DNA of 64,000 bases from the NCBI GenBank assembly GCA_963793425.1, contig CAWCAG010000007.1, positions 192,001-256,000 on the forward strand. Direction: 5' to 3'. Under the pieces are notes generated by a model, which searched no databases, was not told the origin of the DNA, and saw nothing but the letters and a program-made list of their open reading frames with translations. A program made the translations under genes and the position numbers. This DNA comes from an uncultured cyanobacterium (GTDB taxonomy: Bacteria > Cyanobacteriota > Cyanobacteriia > Cyanobacteriales > CAWCAG01). This document shows positions 62,401-64,000 of this stretch, in pieces (position 1 is the first letter of the stretch; each line of letters opens with the position of its first letter).

Positions 62401-64000
62401 CTCAGGGGTATTTTTTAACAGCAAACGCCCAATGGTAAGATGAGCAGATTTTTGTATTTCTGAAGGGATTAAACTATAAGCCGCTTGCTGAATACGGTCA
62501 TGCAAAAACCGATAATCAACGGATATATCTTCAAACTGATACTGTTGCCTATTCTCATTGCCTTGGAAGAATTTGTAGGTTTCACTAGCAGCTAATATCA
62601 GCCGTTCTTGTAAAGCTTTCCACAACGCTGTTGCAACTTCTTCTTGGGGTAGTTGCGTGACAATTGCTAATGTAGCTAAGTCAAACTGGTTGCCGATGCA
62701 AGCGGCTAGCTTTAAGACTTCTTGAGTAGCTTCTGGCAACTTCCGCAATTGAGTTGCCATAAATTCCACTACATCATCTGTGATGGCTAATTGCCGTATC
62801 TTAGCGATGTTACATTGCCAATATCCTGCTTCGCTATTAAAAGTGATGAGCTTATCTTCATGCAGCCCCTTCAGAAATTGACTGGTGAAAAAGGGATTTC
62901 CTTTCGTTTTTTGATGTACTAATTCTGTTAAGGGAACTGCTAGTTGCAGAGTACAACTGAGTGTGTCTGCAATTAGATGGTTTAATCCCAACAGAGTTAA
63001 GGGGGCTAGGGAAATTGTGCTGACAATTGCTTCATTTTTGATAATCTGATCTAATGTCACCACAAAAGGATGAGCAGGATGTACTTCGTTGTCTCGATAG
63101 GCTCCTAAAATTAACAAGTACCCTGTTTGAGTTACCTCCATCAGCAGTTTCATGAGACTAAGAGATGCTGAGTCTGCCCACTGCAAGTCATCAAGAAAAA
63201 TAACCAAAGGATGATTTTTGGTGGTGAAGACTTGGATGAATTTGCTAAAGAGCAAATTGAAGCGATTTTGTGCTGCACCTCCAGAAAGTGTAGGGACGGC
63301 AGGTTGTTGCCCAATAATACTTTTGAGTTCAGGAATTACTTCGATGACAACTTGAGCATTTTCTCCTAAAGCAGCTAAAATCTTATTTTTCCACTGTTGT
63401 AATTGGGCATCACTTTCACTTAGTAATTGCCCCATCAAGTTGCGGAAAGCTTGGACAAAGGCAAAAAAGGGAATGTTGCGATTAAATTGGTCGAATTTCC
63501 CTTTAATGAAATAACCCCGTTGTCGTACAATAGGTTTATGAACTTCATTAACCACAGCAGTTTTACCAATGCCAGAGAAGCCAGCCACCAACATCATTTC
63601 GGTGTTTCCGGCTGCAACTCTCTCAAATGCGGCTAGCAATGCTTTTACTTCATTTTCTCTGCCGTAGAGTTTTTCAGGAATGATGAAGCGATCGCAAATA
63701 TCTCTTTTACCTAATGCAAAAGCCTCAATCTTCCTGTTTTCCCGCCACTGCTGCCAGCATTTATCTAAGTCATATTTCAACCCCAAAGCACTCTGATAGC
63801 GATCCTCAGCATTTTTCGCCATCAACTTCATTACTATCTCACCAACCATCCCAGGAACATTACTACTCCCTGCTCCCTGCTCCCTACTCCCAAATGCCGC
63901 AGGCATTTTAGCCAAATGACAATGCACCAATTCCATGACCTCATTTGAGGTGAAGGGTAACTTTCCTGTTAGCAATTCATAAAATGTTACCCCCAGTGAA
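59419..64000 (-). CDS. N-terminal part of a Ser/Thr kinase-AAA ATPase-GAF-PAS sensor (5' end outside the window)
   Basis: Frame open to the window edge (SLGVTFYELLTGKLPF, kinase subdomain IX), KNAEDRYQSA, Walker A GFSGIGKT, FLDDLQWAD, GAF ending AISLENARLY, PAS domains. Confidence 0.9.
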   Translation of the reverse strand, partial: SLGVTFYELLTGKLPFTSNEVMELVHCHLAKMPAAFGSREQGAGSSNVPGMVGEIVMKLMAKNAEDRYQSALGLKYDLDKCWQQWRENRKIEAFALGKRDICDRFIIPEKLYGRENEVKALLAAFERVAAGNTEMMLVAGFSGIGKTAVVNEVHKPIVRQRGYFIKGKFDQFNRNIPFFAFVQAFRNLMGQLLSESDAQLQQWKNKILAALGENAQVVIEVIPELKSIIGQQPAVPTLSGGAAQNRFNLLFSKFIQVFTTKNHPLVIFLDDLQWADSASLSLMKLLMEVTQTGYLLILGAYRDNEVHPAHPFVVTLDQIIKNEAIVSTISLAPLTLLGLNHLIADTLSCTLQLAVPLTELVHQKTKGNPFFTSQFLKGLHEDKLITFNSEAGYWQCNIAKIRQLAITDDVVEFMATQLRKLPEATQEVLKLAACIGNQFDLATLAIVTQLPQEEVATALWKALQERLILAASETYKFFQGNENRQQYQFEDISVDYRFLHDRIQQAAYSLIPSEIQKSAHLTIGRLLLKNTPEHLLESRIFDVTNQLNFGLSQIQSKSEQIKIAQLNLQAGQRAKQSAAYQAALEYFVIAQSLLKEPDWQNNYSFSLTLHSQLLEAYYLNGQFEQVDFLSKEILNKAQSILDTIKVYEIVILTWVAKKQLDAAIQTGISFLETLQIEIPTQASRAELQQKITEISTLLPKAGIESLVDLDPMEDATALAAIRVLNSISVPAYLSSAPLFLFIVLTQVQLSINYGNCAISASAYARYGIALCGVLQQIELGYKSGQLALKLIEKFEDSETKTRTLLMVGALVLPWQQHLRQGRSLLRSAYQTGLESGNFEPAALACLYESQAAYLSGDILSALKATLKHNGEGILHLKQEVHLSYNNLLRQIVANLQGDSDNPIIIAGEFCDEEIFTSNCHSTNNRFGLFGVALHKSVLCYLFADLPQADQYIKKAATFLNGVTSQPVVPLLYWYNSLIQFALKGDEFSRQGSIPTQVLENLDKLKQWADYASVNFQHKFDLVEAEKNRVLGHKVEAIELYDKAIAGAKANEYLQEEALANELAAKFYLDWDKETIAKAYLTKAYYCYVRWGAKAKTDHLESKYPQLLQPILKQAAQTLNPLETLTLVSPQVSLHNSQTSSSSPRTNLNTALDFATVLKASQSLSGTIQLDELLHQLTQIILQHSGGDRCALILPDSEGSWQVRTIATPETTELCSDPLEGNINLPLKLIQYVKNTQEVVVIDNCQTDLPVLDEYLNQRQPKSVLCLPILNQGHLIGILYLKNRETSGVFTEDRILILNFLCTQAAISLENARLYNLEKLKTQQLSQLNRRLSFTQFSVDNAADGIFWICPDASFFYVNKAACTMLGYSSEELSTSSAFDISLGFSREQWVEHWQAIKVQGSVTFETRHQAKNGHLYPVEITANYLEFEGQEYNFARVRNISDRKQIEDALKQNQTHLEALLNNIPQMAWLKDTESRFIAVNTPFAEACGYPASEIIGKTDYDFCPQKWRRNSVMMISKSWHQVNAK

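Noticed and set aside
4136..63911. Many short ORFs overlapping or antisense to long genes (e.g. 4136, 10406, 17332, 24685, 35610, 42918, 57294, 61113)
   Set aside because: Shadow ORFs over well-supported genes with no recognisable motifs.

Overview
Chromosomal window from a cyanobacterium: about 30 HIP1 (GCGATCGC) octamers by eye, STRR-type short tandem repeats, and crtB/pds, petN and hetF-like genes. Positions 1-20 kb are mostly core genes. They include a small accessory pocket at 7.3-9.5 kb holding a DUF6717-like gene, Uma2, a GNAT gene bracketed by two xisI remnants, and a structured ncRNA candidate. Positions 20.5-42.7 kb are a large exopolysaccharide cluster with a priming sugar transferase, Wzc, Wza, an ABC exporter, a Wzy-like protein, many glycosyltransferases and five sulfotransferase-fold genes. 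A LEVG PEP-CTERM gene, dps, sulfiredoxin and an apparently damaged HTTM gene follow. Positions 46.8-50.9 kb are a CRISPR array with no cas genes in the window (49 repeats of 37 bp, minus-strand orientation, leader on the right). Its oldest spacer is split by a 290-bp MITE with a 9-bp target duplication, and the MITE itself carries a REP-like element. The right end holds glcE, Uma2, two envelope genes and a giant Ser/Thr kinase-AAA-GAF/PAS-hybrid His kinase gene broken by a one-base frameshift and cut off by the window edge. All family calls come from motif recognition by eye; no searches were run.
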